Shown: one piece after another, positions 22,885 to 35,400 of the stretch | Position numbering within the stretch: the stretch's first letter is position 1 | Layout: the number at the start of each line of letters is the position of its first letter | NCBI GenBank assembly: GCA_965644295.1 | Contig: CBFFRP010000049.1 | Location: 1 to 64,000 of the forward strand | DNA length: 64,000 nt | Direction of reading: 5' to 3' | DNA from: Paraphysomonas bandaiensis | Taxonomy: Eukaryota > Protista > Chrysophyceae | The notes under the pieces: generated by a model | What the model was told of the DNA's origin: nothing | The model's database searches: none | The model's input: the letters and a program-made list of their open reading frames with translations, nothing else | Position numbers and translations under genes: made by a program

Positions 22885-25248
22885 CTAAAAGTCATCGGTC
22901 TCATCCAGATCATCCGGAGTACCCTGCCATTCACTGACGAACCCCCCACGGAATCCTTTAAGAATTCCAGGTAAATTTCGGTCCACAGTCAAGTCTACTT
23001 CTTGTACGTTGTTCCAATCTAATATATTCAAACGGCCAACTTTCCCACTAAATATTCCATTGAAAAATGGTATCAAAACCCCATACGATCCAGCTATATA
23101 CGAGTTTTATTGGTTAGAACGAATATGAGCGAAAGCAAAATATACGTACATGCGAAGCCTCCCGAAAAGCCCCTAAGATCGGAGTCCGGAAACGAGGGAA
23201 TTTGAGACCGAGTGTATGTCGGCATTTCTAAAACATCGATGCCTGCCGCATCAAATATATTCATGTCTACCCGCGGTATCAGACCATGACCGCGTTGTCC
23301 ATTATAGGCTTCATGAGATGACCGCCACGGCACAAGGTACAAATATTTCCCCGCTGTAAGAAACATGTCACATTGGTGCAACTTTAATGCGAATAGAATA
23401 CCAGTAAATATTCCACTAAACCCTGCTAGACTGGGATCTTTCTGTGTTAGATCCAACACGTCGATAATATCTCTGATATGGCCACCTTGTTGAGACAAGG
23501 CCTCGTCCATCGCGTGAATAATATCAACCACACCAAGGTTTATACGCACTAACTTATAAGAATAGGTGTGCGCACCGGATGCAAAGGGAGCGAGATACGC
23601 AAATCTTCCCACTCTAATGGCCTCAGAAAATCCACGCAAATCTGTTTGTACATCACCTAAGTCGAATGACCTGACAACCGTTCCTAACATGCTCGAATTG
23701 GCTGTCTCACCCCAGGCACTGTCATTTATACAAACAACCACCGCATGGTGATAGGTGCGCAAGTGGTTACGGTCCACCTCTAAGTCACTCCTCACGCCTC
23801 CAATCGGTCCGAAAAATGACCGGAATGGGTTTAGACAAGCCCATGACCCATCTGTACGTATTACAACCTCTCTTAGCACAGATCGAGAATTCGTTGATGA
23901 ACGCAATACTATACCTCTGAAGCCACCACTGTAGCCTCCAAACTCTCTTGCTACATCTCGCAGCGGCAGTGCCTGGGTTGAGTGGATGCCGAAGTCTTCG
24001 ACATTTATGCGGATCGCAACATCATATTGTCCAGGTGATATGAATCCATAAGGGTACCCTGCTCAAATATTTATCCAAATCTATAATAATGCTTATAAAC
24101 TCATATACACATACCAATGAAACCCTTCCTGAACCCTCTAGCATCCTCATGTATGCTCTCAAGGTTGAGCACCACAATGCATGCCTCTTCCAGTGCTACA
24201 CCTGATGTTTGCGGCGTCCCTGTAGAGTCTAGCCACTCGAATCGCACATTGAGCATACAGTTGGTTTCATTCTCCATGCCAAATAGATTCACGCGAACCA
24301 GTTTACCAAAGAACCTCTGAAACATAAATCACAACATTAGAATATATTAATGAGTTCTCACATTTCCGTTATGATATGGCACGAGATAGCCAAATTGTCC
24401 AGTGGATGTGTTGCCAGCGAAACCACCTTCGAATCCAATCAGGTCAGGGTCGATGGTGGGAAGATGCAGAAGGCGTAGCTGATCCGCATATGTTCCAATA
24501 CCAAGCGAGGTGTTAAAATCCGCAAACTCCTGTCCACCAGCCAGCTGTGCTCTCGCCTCAGCAGCGGACTCAATTGCCAACCTTGCAAAATATCCCCCGC
24601 CTTCCAGACCAGGGACCAAAAATCCGTAACTACGTGGAAGTTAGACATAACAATCAATTAGTGAACACCAAATAACCTCCATGGTCGCTCTGATGCTTCT
24701 ATAATATAGTTACGGGTAATTTCTTCAGACCGATAAAGAAACCCATCGATAAACGTCTCCGTTGCCACAGCACGAATCACGCGATACCGACCAGCTCGAA
24801 AAGGGGTGTTGATATGAACATACGGGGAGTCATATGTCACAAATGGACTAATCCTTGTAGGTGGGGTATTGTCCAGTGTATAGTAAACTCTTGCTCCTTC
24901 TGATGTGCATCGTAAAAACACTCCAAGTGCTGATGCTGCGAAATGATTCTCAGGAGGGTCTATATATAAATCCTACAATACAAAATCATTGATTATCATA
25001 TACTGATATATTCATACCAATTCAACACGTTGTGTGACATTAGTAAATGGTTCAATTGGTTCTGATAATACTTGCAACTCACGCGTCTTCTCAGTAGCAT
25101 CAGTAGCATCAGTAGCCGTGTGTGTTATACGTACACTCTGACCACTTCTATCACCCTGTTGACGATTCATACGATACGAATCTAATCGTCCTGCTAAGAT
25201 GATGATAGGAATATATGAGATACATATCAGAACTGCAAGTAACTTCAT
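22885..25248 (-). CDS. Secreted protein with Fn3-associated (CHB_HEX_C-like) domain and beta-propeller-like repeats, multi-exon
   Basis: Signal peptide MKLLAVLICISYIPIIILA; GARVYYTLDNTPP...VIRAVA; ~7 repeats of D-L-x-x-x-D-x-x-L-x-GF-x-GGF-x-x-G-x-Y-x-YLVP...GK-x-x-R. Confidence 0.75.
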
Positions 25249-26055
25249 GATTATGTATGTAACTGTGTATATATGACAGTTACGTTATGGATGGATGGAT
25301 ATGTATGTATATCTAGCTAATGAATGATATTGTTAAGTAAAGAGGGTGATATGCATATAGAGTATGTGTGAATTGATGTGATAATGAGAAGAGATAAGTG
25401 TATTGAGGTTATGTGATGGGAGTATGTGTGCTATGGGTTGGTTATATATGAGGATTAGATGGCAGTTGTGGAGGGTTCTTAACGGGAGGTTCCATACATT
25501 AACTTCCATCTATATACTATGCTGTGTGTATATTGTACTGCTGTACTGCTGTACTGCTGTACTGTTGTACATCTACATCCATACATCCATACATACACTG
25601 CTGTACATACACATCCAGCAGTGTACACTGTACTGCTGTAAATATATGCAGATACGCTGTACATCTGTACATAATAGTTAACGTATATCTTCATACATTA
25701 CAATCCCCCATACATTACCCTACGTATACTTCTACTCTACGTATATTTCTATACATAAACATATTCACTGGCAGTTTTAATTATGTCTTATACCGAAACT
25801 ACAGTCTCCCTACTGTAACGGAATTATGATATCATCCAACACCCATAACATCAAGAGAGGGACAGTTGCACCATGTTGGATGCAATAAATGCACAAGTTG
25901 TCCCCAGATGGTTGAAGTATCACTAGTATAATATAGCAACTCAAGTTAGTAAGTCTATAGATATATACCTAGATTCTAGTCACAACCACTCTCATGTAAT
26001 AATCATGGATGATCACGTGGCCACGAACTCCATGAGCTTTTCTCTTTGAAATGAC

Positions 26056-26166
26056 GGGTTTCTATTTCTCGAACGAGACCTACGGTATCTCTGCGAACAA
26101 TGATGAATGATCACGTAGCCCGTCTTCGCAGAGATATCGTAAGTCCCGTTCGAGAAATAGAAACCC
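26056..26166. repeat. Hairpin with 42-bp stem and 27-nt loop (MITE- or pre-miRNA-like)
   Basis: gggtttctatttctcgaacgagacctacggtatctctgcgaa pairs with ttcgcagagatatcgtaagtcccgttcgagaaatagaaaccc, 3 differences. Confidence 0.85.
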
Positions 26167-27056
26167 TGGTAATTGTACTGATGTCATACATGATGACCAT
26201 AGGTAATACCCCCTCTTATGGTGATGCTGAGATTACTCTACCTTGTTTACTTTTATGATATGGTGTCACATAGACATGATGATGTATGCATATATGTATA
26301 ATATTCTGTGTATTTTCAAGCATTCGCAAAACAACAAAAATATGGGAATTAACAAAACCAATAGGCTACAGACTAAGCATCTTATTTCTATACAGCACTT
26401 CTTATATAAACCCATCATGTAAATAATAACTTTCATGGTAGCGTTTCTATCGTTTCGTATTACTAATATGCAGTTAGTTGTTAACACACTAAGTCTACAT
26501 AGATCGACAGTGTATACGCTGCCAGACAAAGACTACCTACTGCTTAGTTATTCTTATTCTCTAAGCCATCATCACCACATCCATTCAAAATTAATTGAAA
26601 TATGCATTCGGACACAAGTATCGATTATTTATCAGAAACAACATCATAATATTAAATGTGGTAGGATGCATACTTTAGCGCAGAACTGAGACTAGCTGCA
26701 CAGGCGTTTACATATATAAGAAGTATATTTCTCTAGTCGTTGAAGATTTACACAACATGGTATTCAGAAAATAAGAAGTGAAGACATTATAAGAGGCCCG
26801 TCAATTATATTTGATAAAAATTCTTAAATTAATTCAAATAGATAATGACAAGTAATATGGAGTGCGTATAGTCGGTGTGTTAGCACTCCAGTCACAACGT
26901 TGCTGACTACTGTTGAGTTCTTTATGGTTCTATACAATTTCTATTTCGTTGTATTTCGCACATTATTGACAAAATTCAGCAACTCTCAAAGAATTCAATT
27001 CAATTAGCATATGCATTTAACGTTGAAGCACTTCTATGAGCATAACTTATATAAAA

Positions 27057-28001
27057 TTAATTCATATTCTCACCATTACAAGGAATATACTCACGCGCAA
27101 CTGTCATATTCATGAGATGAACGAGTTCGGAAAGCGACGACGAACGAGTCGACTTAAATGTATAACAGTGAGCGGCAATAAGTACATCCACAATAGTATG
27201 AAAGATCGTTGTATGTCTCTGATGAGGTGAGCTCTGTGTATGAGCTGATGTCAAGACAATAGCATTCGAACTTCTACTCATTGGATCCACAAAATCATCA
27301 CTTAGATTGGCATATACAATAATTTTAGACCCATATTTCCTCATATATCTTCGTTGTGTATCAGCATTATCTGTCATAAGAAACACATTCGTTTGACTAT
27401 TCAATGACTCTACAAATATATCAAAATCATAATCATTTTCATCAATTCTACGTGATAAATTTTGTTTCATTCTTTGATGTTTTAACATAATATCAAGATC
27501 AGTATGTCGTATATGCATACCTGCTGAAGTACAAATCTCATATTTATATACGAAATCACCAACAGCAGATATGACAGATGGTACAGGTATATATCTACTA
27601 TACATATTTTTACGTATAGTATGCCAATGTAATGGTGAATTATATGAAGTATGTAAATGAAAATATTGAAGAATTTCAAGAAAATTCTTATAAGATGGTG
27701 GGAAAATATGAAGTGCATAGGGTGCAAATAAGTGAATTTCATCACTTGTAATGAATGTTACATTATGAATTGGTTCAAATAATTGAAGGAAATGTCCAGG
27801 ACATGCCGGATTAATATCCCATACCATAATAAGATGTGTATAGGCTGGTATCGAATCTAATACATGCATATATCCTGCTAATAGACGGAGTCGATTTGAT
27901 AATCCATCTTGACAATTAATAATTAAATATCCGGATTTTTCTGGTGTTGAATTGTATCTTGAGAGGAAAAGTAGTATACAAAGTACCCAAAATTTAAGCA
28001 T
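27057..28001 (-). CDS. GT-B fucosyltransferase-like protein (O-FucT/NodZ-like), intronless
   Basis: N-terminal anchor; DGLSNRLR, GMHIRHTD, VFLMTDN, DVLIAAHC..FKST..SSLS motifs typical of the fucosyltransferase superfamily. Confidence 0.75.
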   Translation of the reverse strand: MLKFWVLCILLFLSRYNSTPEKSGYLIINCQDGLSNRLRLLAGYMHVLDSIPAYTHLIMVWDINPACPGHFLQLFEPIHNVTFITSDEIHLFAPYALHIFPPSYKNFLEILQYFHLHTSYNSPLHWHTIRKNMYSRYIPVPSVISAVGDFVYKYEICTSAGMHIRHTDLDIMLKHQRMKQNLSRRIDENDYDFDIFVESLNSQTNVFLMTDNADTQRRYMRKYGSKIIVYANLSDDFVDPMSRSSNAIVLTSAHTQSSPHQRHTTIFHTIVDVLIAAHCYTFKSTRSSSLSELVHLMNMTVAREYIPCNGENMN

Positions 28002-29713
28002 TATATTGAATTTCTCACATAAATAGTCGTTTTTTCGCAGTGTATATTAATGTATATGTAATATCAGTATATGAATATTATGTATAGATGAGTTAGAGAT
28101 ATTTGCATAGGACATAAGGATGTAAAGTGTTACACGAAGACACTGGTGGAGAAATTATATGAGTAGAGAGTGTTGTATGTATAGATCTATTAACACACAC
28201 ATGCAACAACTCTACACTGTCCATACATATGCAGCAGGAGTACATACAAATATATGTACACATCTACATATTTTAGTCTCCTATTGTAAAATTACACCGA
28301 AAATTACACCAATATGTTGTGTGGGAATGTTCTGTAAAAATTACAGAATTATGCAAAAATTACATCTAGAAGTATGTAAATACTGCTTATCCCTCTGTAC
28401 TCTGCTGTATAGAAGCCATGATGTACTTTCTACACAGGAGCCTCCTGAGTGCCGATACGAGTGTTTTTTTTAGGGTGCGTTTTGTTGGCCCAAAAAAAAA
28501 CTGGATTTGCCGCGAAAAAACGCTTATTCATTGAAAAAATCCAGGGAATTTAGTTTAAAACACCATTTGCAGGGTTTTCAAAATACAGAGTGCATAAATA
28601 TCTTGTATATTTCATTAAAAGTCTGGAAATTCAGCAGATAAAACCCAAAATCACTGTTATCTCTGTATGCTTAGCTTGCTTGTTGTTTAATTCGTTGCAC
28701 TGACTCTGCAATTGCTGTCAATGCATCAAAATAGGAACAATTACTGTTGTTGAATGCAAGAATCATTATCTTCCAATTACGGGATATCAATCCTGATACT
28801 GTGTGCATGCTATCCACAACCCTTTCTGAACATAACATGAATATGAATCCCTTTACTCTCATATATATGCATTTACAAGACAGCTTCTTCAGTTTCTTAA
28901 GTTCCTACTTGAATACTTTCTGCTTGTATTGCAATATACTGTCCTGTTTACAACTTCTATATGTTAAACACACGTATACCGGATATGGCAATCGTTCGGT
29001 AGGATGTGCATACCCATTTGCCGGATTACCCTAATACAGTGGTTGCTCAGCCAGTGGGTGACTACCATGAGCCGAACGGGGCATTGCTGTACAGTAATAG
29101 CTATATAATATGTATCTACACCTCTCGAAATAGACTCAGCGTAGATATTAAGATAATTAACACACTGTATCTCTGCCACTGCTATCAGTATCCTCATATA
29201 CATATCACTCAGGACACTATGAGAGTGTATCTATATTCCATACACTCATAGTAGTAGATACTTTCTAATCAGAGGGGATAATACTGCATATGACTCGCTC
29301 AAGTAGAGTTATTCCAATGTTAGTCTCTCCGATGATCAGTTCTGCATTATGAATATATTCAAATGCTCTGCATTCATGATATAATCCTTAGAGCCCTCTG
29401 GCGGTATAGCTATGACAGTCATGGTCATGGAACCAACTCTGCTATCTCTGTCTTTAAAATAGACCAATTCTTCTGTGTGATTGCCACTTAACCATACGTT
29501 TTACCAGCTTACTCAACAACTAGTAGCAGGTGACATGAGAGGACTATGAGCTCATGTATACACAGTTAGGTTATGATTATATCACAGTCTGTGTACCTCT
29601 TATTAGTACTCATCGAGGCTATATCATAGATCCTGTATGTGAAAATAACAGATTACTGTTTATGGATTCTATGTTATCGTGCTGATTGTTTGTTACCTCA
29701 GGGACACTTGTGG

Positions 29714-32700
29714 TATTGAACTACAACCAACTCCTACGTGCGTACTTGAAGTTTGGTAAAGTCAATCGCTAGTAGTTATCCTGTATTCTATGTAGCAATG
29801 AAATACAGAATATACATGACTACAGTATAGGAGTAGCTATTACAAGTATACAAAGAAACTGAAAATATAGTAGCTGTTAAAGATATGATTTGTAGAACAG
29901 AATGTTGATGTTGGTGAATGACGTGGTTCCTAACTCACAGGGCTACAACATCATAAACTTACTATATCTCCTATAATATCAATCAGTCAATATTGCACTA
30001 ACTAAAAGCGTAAATTAATATGGCAGCGGATGGAAATTTCACGAATGTCGCCTCAGGCTCAAAGGTACCTCCCTTCGAGGAACTGAACTTCAAGAAATTC
30101 AAGAAGTTCTTCACCTCATTCCTCATGAGACACAATCGAGCTCATCTTGTCCTCTCAAAGGATAAACCAAGGCACATTCATGATCTAGACTCTACAGTCC
30201 CAGCGGGAGCTCATATGACTGATGCACAGAAGAAGCGACTACGCAAAGCGAAGAAACTCTGGAACACCCGGAACGAGACCGCGTACTCCTTCCTGATGGA
30301 AGTGTGCAATGCTCACCCAAAAGCAGGCACAACAGCGGCTCTCTACGAAGGAAGTACAGCAAAAGGGTTACTACAGGCACTGGAAGAGAGATTTCTCAAT
30401 GTTGAAAAGAATACAGTACAGGCAGAGGTCACAAAGTTCAATTCAATGAAGATTACCTCAAGTCAGTCAGGAGCAGAGTTCGTCGACAGCGTTGAAGCCC
30501 AGGCCAAGATTCTCGAGAATCTAGGTCGTGAAGTCACGGAAGACGACAAGCTCACTCGACTAAAGGAAGGTCTCACAGACAAGAGATATTCCCAACTAGC
30601 ACACAGCCTGTATACAGCAAACGATGTGACATACGCAAGAGCAAGCAGCCTAATCAAAGGGTATGAAAACACATCATTCGGCAAGCATGCGTTGCAAAAT
30701 TCAGGGGAAGACAGTGTCAATCAAGCAGTGGATGACAGTAAATGGAAAGAGCACAAGAGAAAGGGCAGATGCAATAAGTGCAAGAAACTTGGCCACTTTG
30801 CTAGGGAGTGCAAGACTCCAGAGCATGTCATAAAGAGGATGAAGGGGACAAGATCACAGAGAAAAGATAGAGATCACAGAAACAGGGGTGATAACAAAAC
30901 AAAGCTACCTGTGTGTGAGATATGTGACATCCCAGGCCATCAGACTAAAGACTGCTTCCACTTGAAGACTGCTAAAGCTGCAGTGGTCAGTTCTAAACGG
31001 GGGCGAGACTCTAGAAGGGAAACGGCACCCTACAAGAACAAGAAGAAACCGCGAGTGTCTGTACATGATTCAGAAGATGAAGCGGGATACGAATCGATGA
31101 TATGTGTGGAAGAAGAGGTGAATCTAGCACAGAGCATGTCAGATGTTATTTATTTAGACAGCGGGTGCAACAAGATGATCCTTACCTCCAAAAACCACAT
31201 GACCAACCTTCAGCGCGCTGATAGGCAGATGTCCACAGCGAACAAAGGTAAACTGTCAATACACAGTGTTGGCGATGTAGGAAGCTTTAAAAAGGTGTAC
31301 TACGCACCTGAAGCAAGTAAGAACCTCGTAGATATGAAGAGCATCACAGATAGGGGTTGTGTTGTGACGTTCGATAATGATGAAGTCGTCATTCGAAATA
31401 AGACTACGAACAAGACACTCATTAGACAGAGAAGTGTTAATGGATTATATCCAGTTCGACTCGAAGACTTACTTCAGCTTGGAGAAGAATCCTCAGCAGC
31501 ACTTGAGGAGCAGGGGTTTGATGACCAGCGAATTCTATGGCACAAAAGACTTGGCCATGTCAACTATGATAAACTGACTGAGTCCGACCGCCGAGGCCTA
31601 GTTGATGGAATAAATCTGGACAAGAAATATTTCAGAAAAAAACACAAAAAAACGATATGCAAATGTAATACCTGCATGCGATCGAAACTCACGAGAAAGA
31701 ACTTCAGGACTCCACGCCAGTTGATGAACTTAGACAACAACCCAAAGGAGAGAGGGGTGCTCAGTGCAGATACGATGGAAGTCCTAAACACGCCATCGAT
31801 GGAAGGCTACAAACATGTGTTACTATTCAAGCACAGTGATGCAAAACATGTATGGGCTTATGGGTTGAAAAACAAGACTGGGAGTGAAGTGTTAAAGTGT
31901 ATGAAGGACATGGTAGAGACCCAACTTGTCAAAGAAGGATTGCAACTACGACGATATCATGCAGATGGCGCAGGAGAACTAGTAGGGCAACATGTCAGGC
32001 AGTACTTACGTGAAACCACCAGCACAAGGACTGTACAGGTTACTTGGACTCCACGTGACACACCCGAAATGAATTCGCTATCGGAACGCACTAATCGTAC
32101 AGTGAAGGAGATGGCCCTTGCTATATTGCTCGATAGTGGCATGCCATCAGTATTTTGGTTCAAAGCAGTCTTGCATGCTGTATATCTGATCAACAGGTTA
32201 CCTACGAAGACAACGAAAGGATACATCTCACCTTTTGAGTATATTACTGGAACCGCACCAGATGTGAGTGACTTGAAGATCTGGGGCTGCAAGGCATGGG
32301 CTATTGTGCCGAAGGAGCAGCGCCGCAAAGAGTGGAAAGAAAAGGGAAAACCTGGATACTATATGGGACAATGTCAACAACCTGTTGGACACCAAATATA
32401 TATTCCAGACCTGAATGCTATTATTGTTGCAGTCAATGCACAGTTTGATGAGTCAATTCCAGAGCGTTCACAGGAGTATTTCGACGAAATAGATAATCTA
32501 CAAATCGACACCTCAGAAACAGCAGAGAGTGTAAATGACTATCAGTACCTGGTGGGCCTCAGACATCTTGATGGACACCTGTGTTATGTTACCACCAGAG
32601 TGATAGAGAGAAGAGGAGTCATTGTTGCATATAGGAGATTAGATATGAAAGGAAATACTACCGAGGAGCAAACTCCAATTCATATCAAAGATGTAGTAAA

Positions 32701-34892
32701 GATGACTCACTCTACAAAGTGTCAGACCGACAAGTTTAATAGTTTGCGAAATGAGTTGGATCAGACTTGTAATGACAGTGACAATGAACAGAGGACTCCT
32801 GACCGCTCAAATCGGGGCGCATCTTCAACAGGTGGGGCAGATCGAAATCCCAGAACTGAAAAACGACCTCGAAAAAAACGGCACATTGTTAACGTTGGTG
32901 TCCTCGGCGATGTCTCATTGTTTCTTGATTCCTCCAACAGCACAATTAAAGAGCCACAGACGCTGGCAGAAGCAAAGAAGACTCCACAGAGAACATACTG
33001 GATTGAAGCTACCAGGAAGGAGGTGCACAAGCTTGAACGAAGGACATGCTGGAAGATTGTCCGAAGGCCGAAACACCGAAAAATCATAAAATCTAAATTG
33101 GTCTTTAAAGTAAAGCGCGACCATCTTGGAAAAATTAAGAAGTTCAAAGTTCGACTTGTGGCGAAAGGGTTTACTCAAGAACAAGGAGTCGACTATAATG
33201 AGACATTCTCCCCAGTAGCTAAAGGTGTATCATTTAGGCTAGCACTAGCACTGGCTCTGCGATACAATCTGCAACTCCGTCAACTCGATGTAGAAACGGC
33301 ATTTCCGTATGCAGATCTGGACGAAGACGTGTTTATGTCTCCACCTGCAGGAATAGATATTCCACAAGGCTGTTGTTTGAAGATTCTGAAGAGTTTGTAT
33401 GGCCTAAAACAAGCGCCTCGAAATTGGCATTCAATGCTGAAGGACAGTATAAAGGCGATGGGGTATAAACAATGTGTTCTTGACCCATGTTTATTTGTAC
33501 TCAAGGGTACTGATGATAACCTACATATGATACTTGTGTATGTAGATGATATCATTGTGCTCAGCTCTGACAGCCGTCATATTGAAGAAGTCATCAGCGC
33601 CTTTAAGACTCAATATGCCATGCAAGATATGGGGGACCTTAAGCATTATTTAGGTCTTACCATTGAGCGTCATAATGGCCAGATTAAGTTACATCAGTCT
33701 GCATATGCTAAAGATGTTGTGGCCAGATTCAATCACTTGTTGTCAGAAAAGAAGAGACGGTGCAAGGCAACCACACCTCTACCACCTGGCCTAAAGTTGT
33801 CCAAGGATGCAAAAGAGGAAGAAACTCGAAAACAGAGAGAATACGTTGATGCATTTCCCTATCAATCTGTTATTGGTGCCTTAATGTATTTGGCAGTGCA
33901 TACTAGACCAGACATGGCATATACAGTAAATCTTCTCTCCCGGTTCACCACAAGACCCACGTACGCTGCATGTCAAGCTGCTCTGCATACTTTATTGTAT
34001 TTAGAAAATACAGTTGATCAAGGTATCATATTTCCTAATTTCACAGATGAAGACCCTCTATGTGTGTACTCTGATGCAGATTGGGCCGGAGATCTGGATA
34101 CATGCAGATCCACTACAGGGTATATCGTATATCTGTGGGGTGCTCCAATTGCATGGCAGTCCAGACTGCAGCCAACAGTGGCTACGTCGACTATGGAAGC
34201 TGAATATATGGCTGCATATGCTGCAATTCAGGAGATTGTATGGATACGAGGGGTGATGACAGAGCTCGGAATTCGTGGATTTGAGCTCAGTAAGAATGCG
34301 TCTCCAACAATCTTGAATATGGACAGCAAGAGTGCGATTGATCTAGCTCAGAACCCGGTAAATCATAAACGTTCCAAGCATATTCGGATCAAGTATCATT
34401 GGATTCGAGAGCAAGTGGGAGGCTGTATCGTCAGGCTGAATCATGTGCCAACGGCAGAGATGACAGCAGACGTGATGACTAAAGCCTTGTCCGAGAAGCT
34501 GCACTATCAGCATGTGCACACTATGGTATCGCACTAAGTAGACTTGCTCATCACAGTATATTCTGATATGTTCATTGAGTGGGAGTATTGAACTACAACC
34601 AACTCCTACGTGCGTACTTGAAGTTTGGTAAAGTCAATCGCTAGTAGTTATCCTGTATTCTATGTAGCAATGAAATACAGAATATACATGACTACAGTAT
34701 AGGAGTAGCTATTACAAGTATACAAAGAAACTGAAAATATAGTAGCTGTTAAAGATATGATTTGTAGAACAGAATGTTGATGTTGGTGAATGACGTGGTT
34801 CCTAACTCACAGGGCTACAACATCATAAACTTACTATATCTCCTATAATATCAATCAGTCAATATTGCACTAACTAAAAGCGTAAATTAATA
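29714..34892 (+). mobile_element. Intact Ty1/copia LTR retrotransposon (Copia-B)
   Basis: 307-bp LTRs at 29714-30020 and 34586-34892, identical by eye; TSD TGTGG (29709-29713, 34893-34897); PBS TGGCAGCGGA; PPT TTGAGTGGGAG; termini TATT...AATA. Confidence 0.97.
30020..34537 (+). CDS. Copia gag-pol polyprotein, 1505 aa
   Basis: Two CCHC knuckles, LDSGC, WHKRLGH, YHADGAGE...PEMNSLSER, FKVRLVAKG, YVDD, DADWA, EAEY, ADVMTK. Confidence 0.97.
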   Translation: MAADGNFTNVASGSKVPPFEELNFKKFKKFFTSFLMRHNRAHLVLSKDKPRHIHDLDSTVPAGAHMTDAQKKRLRKAKKLWNTRNETAYSFLMEVCNAHPKAGTTAALYEGSTAKGLLQALEERFLNVEKNTVQAEVTKFNSMKITSSQSGAEFVDSVEAQAKILENLGREVTEDDKLTRLKEGLTDKRYSQLAHSLYTANDVTYARASSLIKGYENTSFGKHALQNSGEDSVNQAVDDSKWKEHKRKGRCNKCKKLGHFARECKTPEHVIKRMKGTRSQRKDRDHRNRGDNKTKLPVCEICDIPGHQTKDCFHLKTAKAAVVSSKRGRDSRRETAPYKNKKKPRVSVHDSEDEAGYESMICVEEEVNLAQSMSDVIYLDSGCNKMILTSKNHMTNLQRADRQMSTANKGKLSIHSVGDVGSFKKVYYAPEASKNLVDMKSITDRGCVVTFDNDEVVIRNKTTNKTLIRQRSVNGLYPVRLEDLLQLGEESSAALEEQGFDDQRILWHKRLGHVNYDKLTESDRRGLVDGINLDKKYFRKKHKKTICKCNTCMRSKLTRKNFRTPRQLMNLDNNPKERGVLSADTMEVLNTPSMEGYKHVLLFKHSDAKHVWAYGLKNKTGSEVLKCMKDMVETQLVKEGLQLRRYHADGAGELVGQHVRQYLRETTSTRTVQVTWTPRDTPEMNSLSERTNRTVKEMALAILLDSGMPSVFWFKAVLHAVYLINRLPTKTTKGYISPFEYITGTAPDVSDLKIWGCKAWAIVPKEQRRKEWKEKGKPGYYMGQCQQPVGHQIYIPDLNAIIVAVNAQFDESIPERSQEYFDEIDNLQIDTSETAESVNDYQYLVGLRHLDGHLCYVTTRVIERRGVIVAYRRLDMKGNTTEEQTPIHIKDVVKMTHSTKCQTDKFNSLRNELDQTCNDSDNEQRTPDRSNRGASSTGGADRNPRTEKRPRKKRHIVNVGVLGDVSLFLDSSNSTIKEPQTLAEAKKTPQRTYWIEATRKEVHKLERRTCWKIVRRPKHRKIIKSKLVFKVKRDHLGKIKKFKVRLVAKGFTQEQGVDYNETFSPVAKGVSFRLALALALRYNLQLRQLDVETAFPYADLDEDVFMSPPAGIDIPQGCCLKILKSLYGLKQAPRNWHSMLKDSIKAMGYKQCVLDPCLFVLKGTDDNLHMILVYVDDIIVLSSDSRHIEEVISAFKTQYAMQDMGDLKHYLGLTIERHNGQIKLHQSAYAKDVVARFNHLLSEKKRRCKATTPLPPGLKLSKDAKEEETRKQREYVDAFPYQSVIGALMYLAVHTRPDMAYTVNLLSRFTTRPTYAACQAALHTLLYLENTVDQGIIFPNFTDEDPLCVYSDADWAGDLDTCRSTTGYIVYLWGAPIAWQSRLQPTVATSTMEAEYMAAYAAIQEIVWIRGVMTELGIRGFELSKNASPTILNMDSKSAIDLAQNPVNHKRSKHIRIKYHWIREQVGGCIVRLNHVPTAEMTADVMTKALSEKLHYQHVHTMVSH

Positions 34893-35400
34893 TGTGGAGT
34901 GGTAGTATTTCTAAGTCACCGCTTCGGTAAATTTAAATAATCTATTAACTTGTGGGTGGTTTAACCACCTATAGTCAGCATTAAGTCTGCTGTTATACTT
35001 ACATCTTCGTCGAAAACACTGTAGAGACAATCGATTTCAGGAGCGATGTAGTCCACTACAATTTGAAAGTGATTCTAGTGTAGCTAGAGTTTCGAATGTG
35101 ATATTTGCTATATTGCGTTCATATTATCAAATCGATTGCATTTTCTACAACCGCAGCTGATAAATTCACAGTCTCACTGTGACTGCATTAAATACTCAAA
35201 GCCAAATAAAAATCAGGGCGTACAGAATAATAATGGCATATTAGTAAGTAAGACATCAGTTGTATCTACTCAATGCCGTACGATCGGTATGTGACAATTT
35301 TGAGCTGCATTGTAACTAAAGGCTTAAGATATCTTCTGTCTCAGAATACGATTAAAAATAAAGGGAATAAACAGATGCCTTCAGGTCTAAGTAGAAGATT

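Noticed and set aside
25403-25829. Cys/Tyr/His-rich ORFs here and at 5456-5845, 17658-18136, 48973-49377 and 60935-61515
   Set aside because: Translations of CATA/TGTA microsatellite-rich promoter or intron DNA
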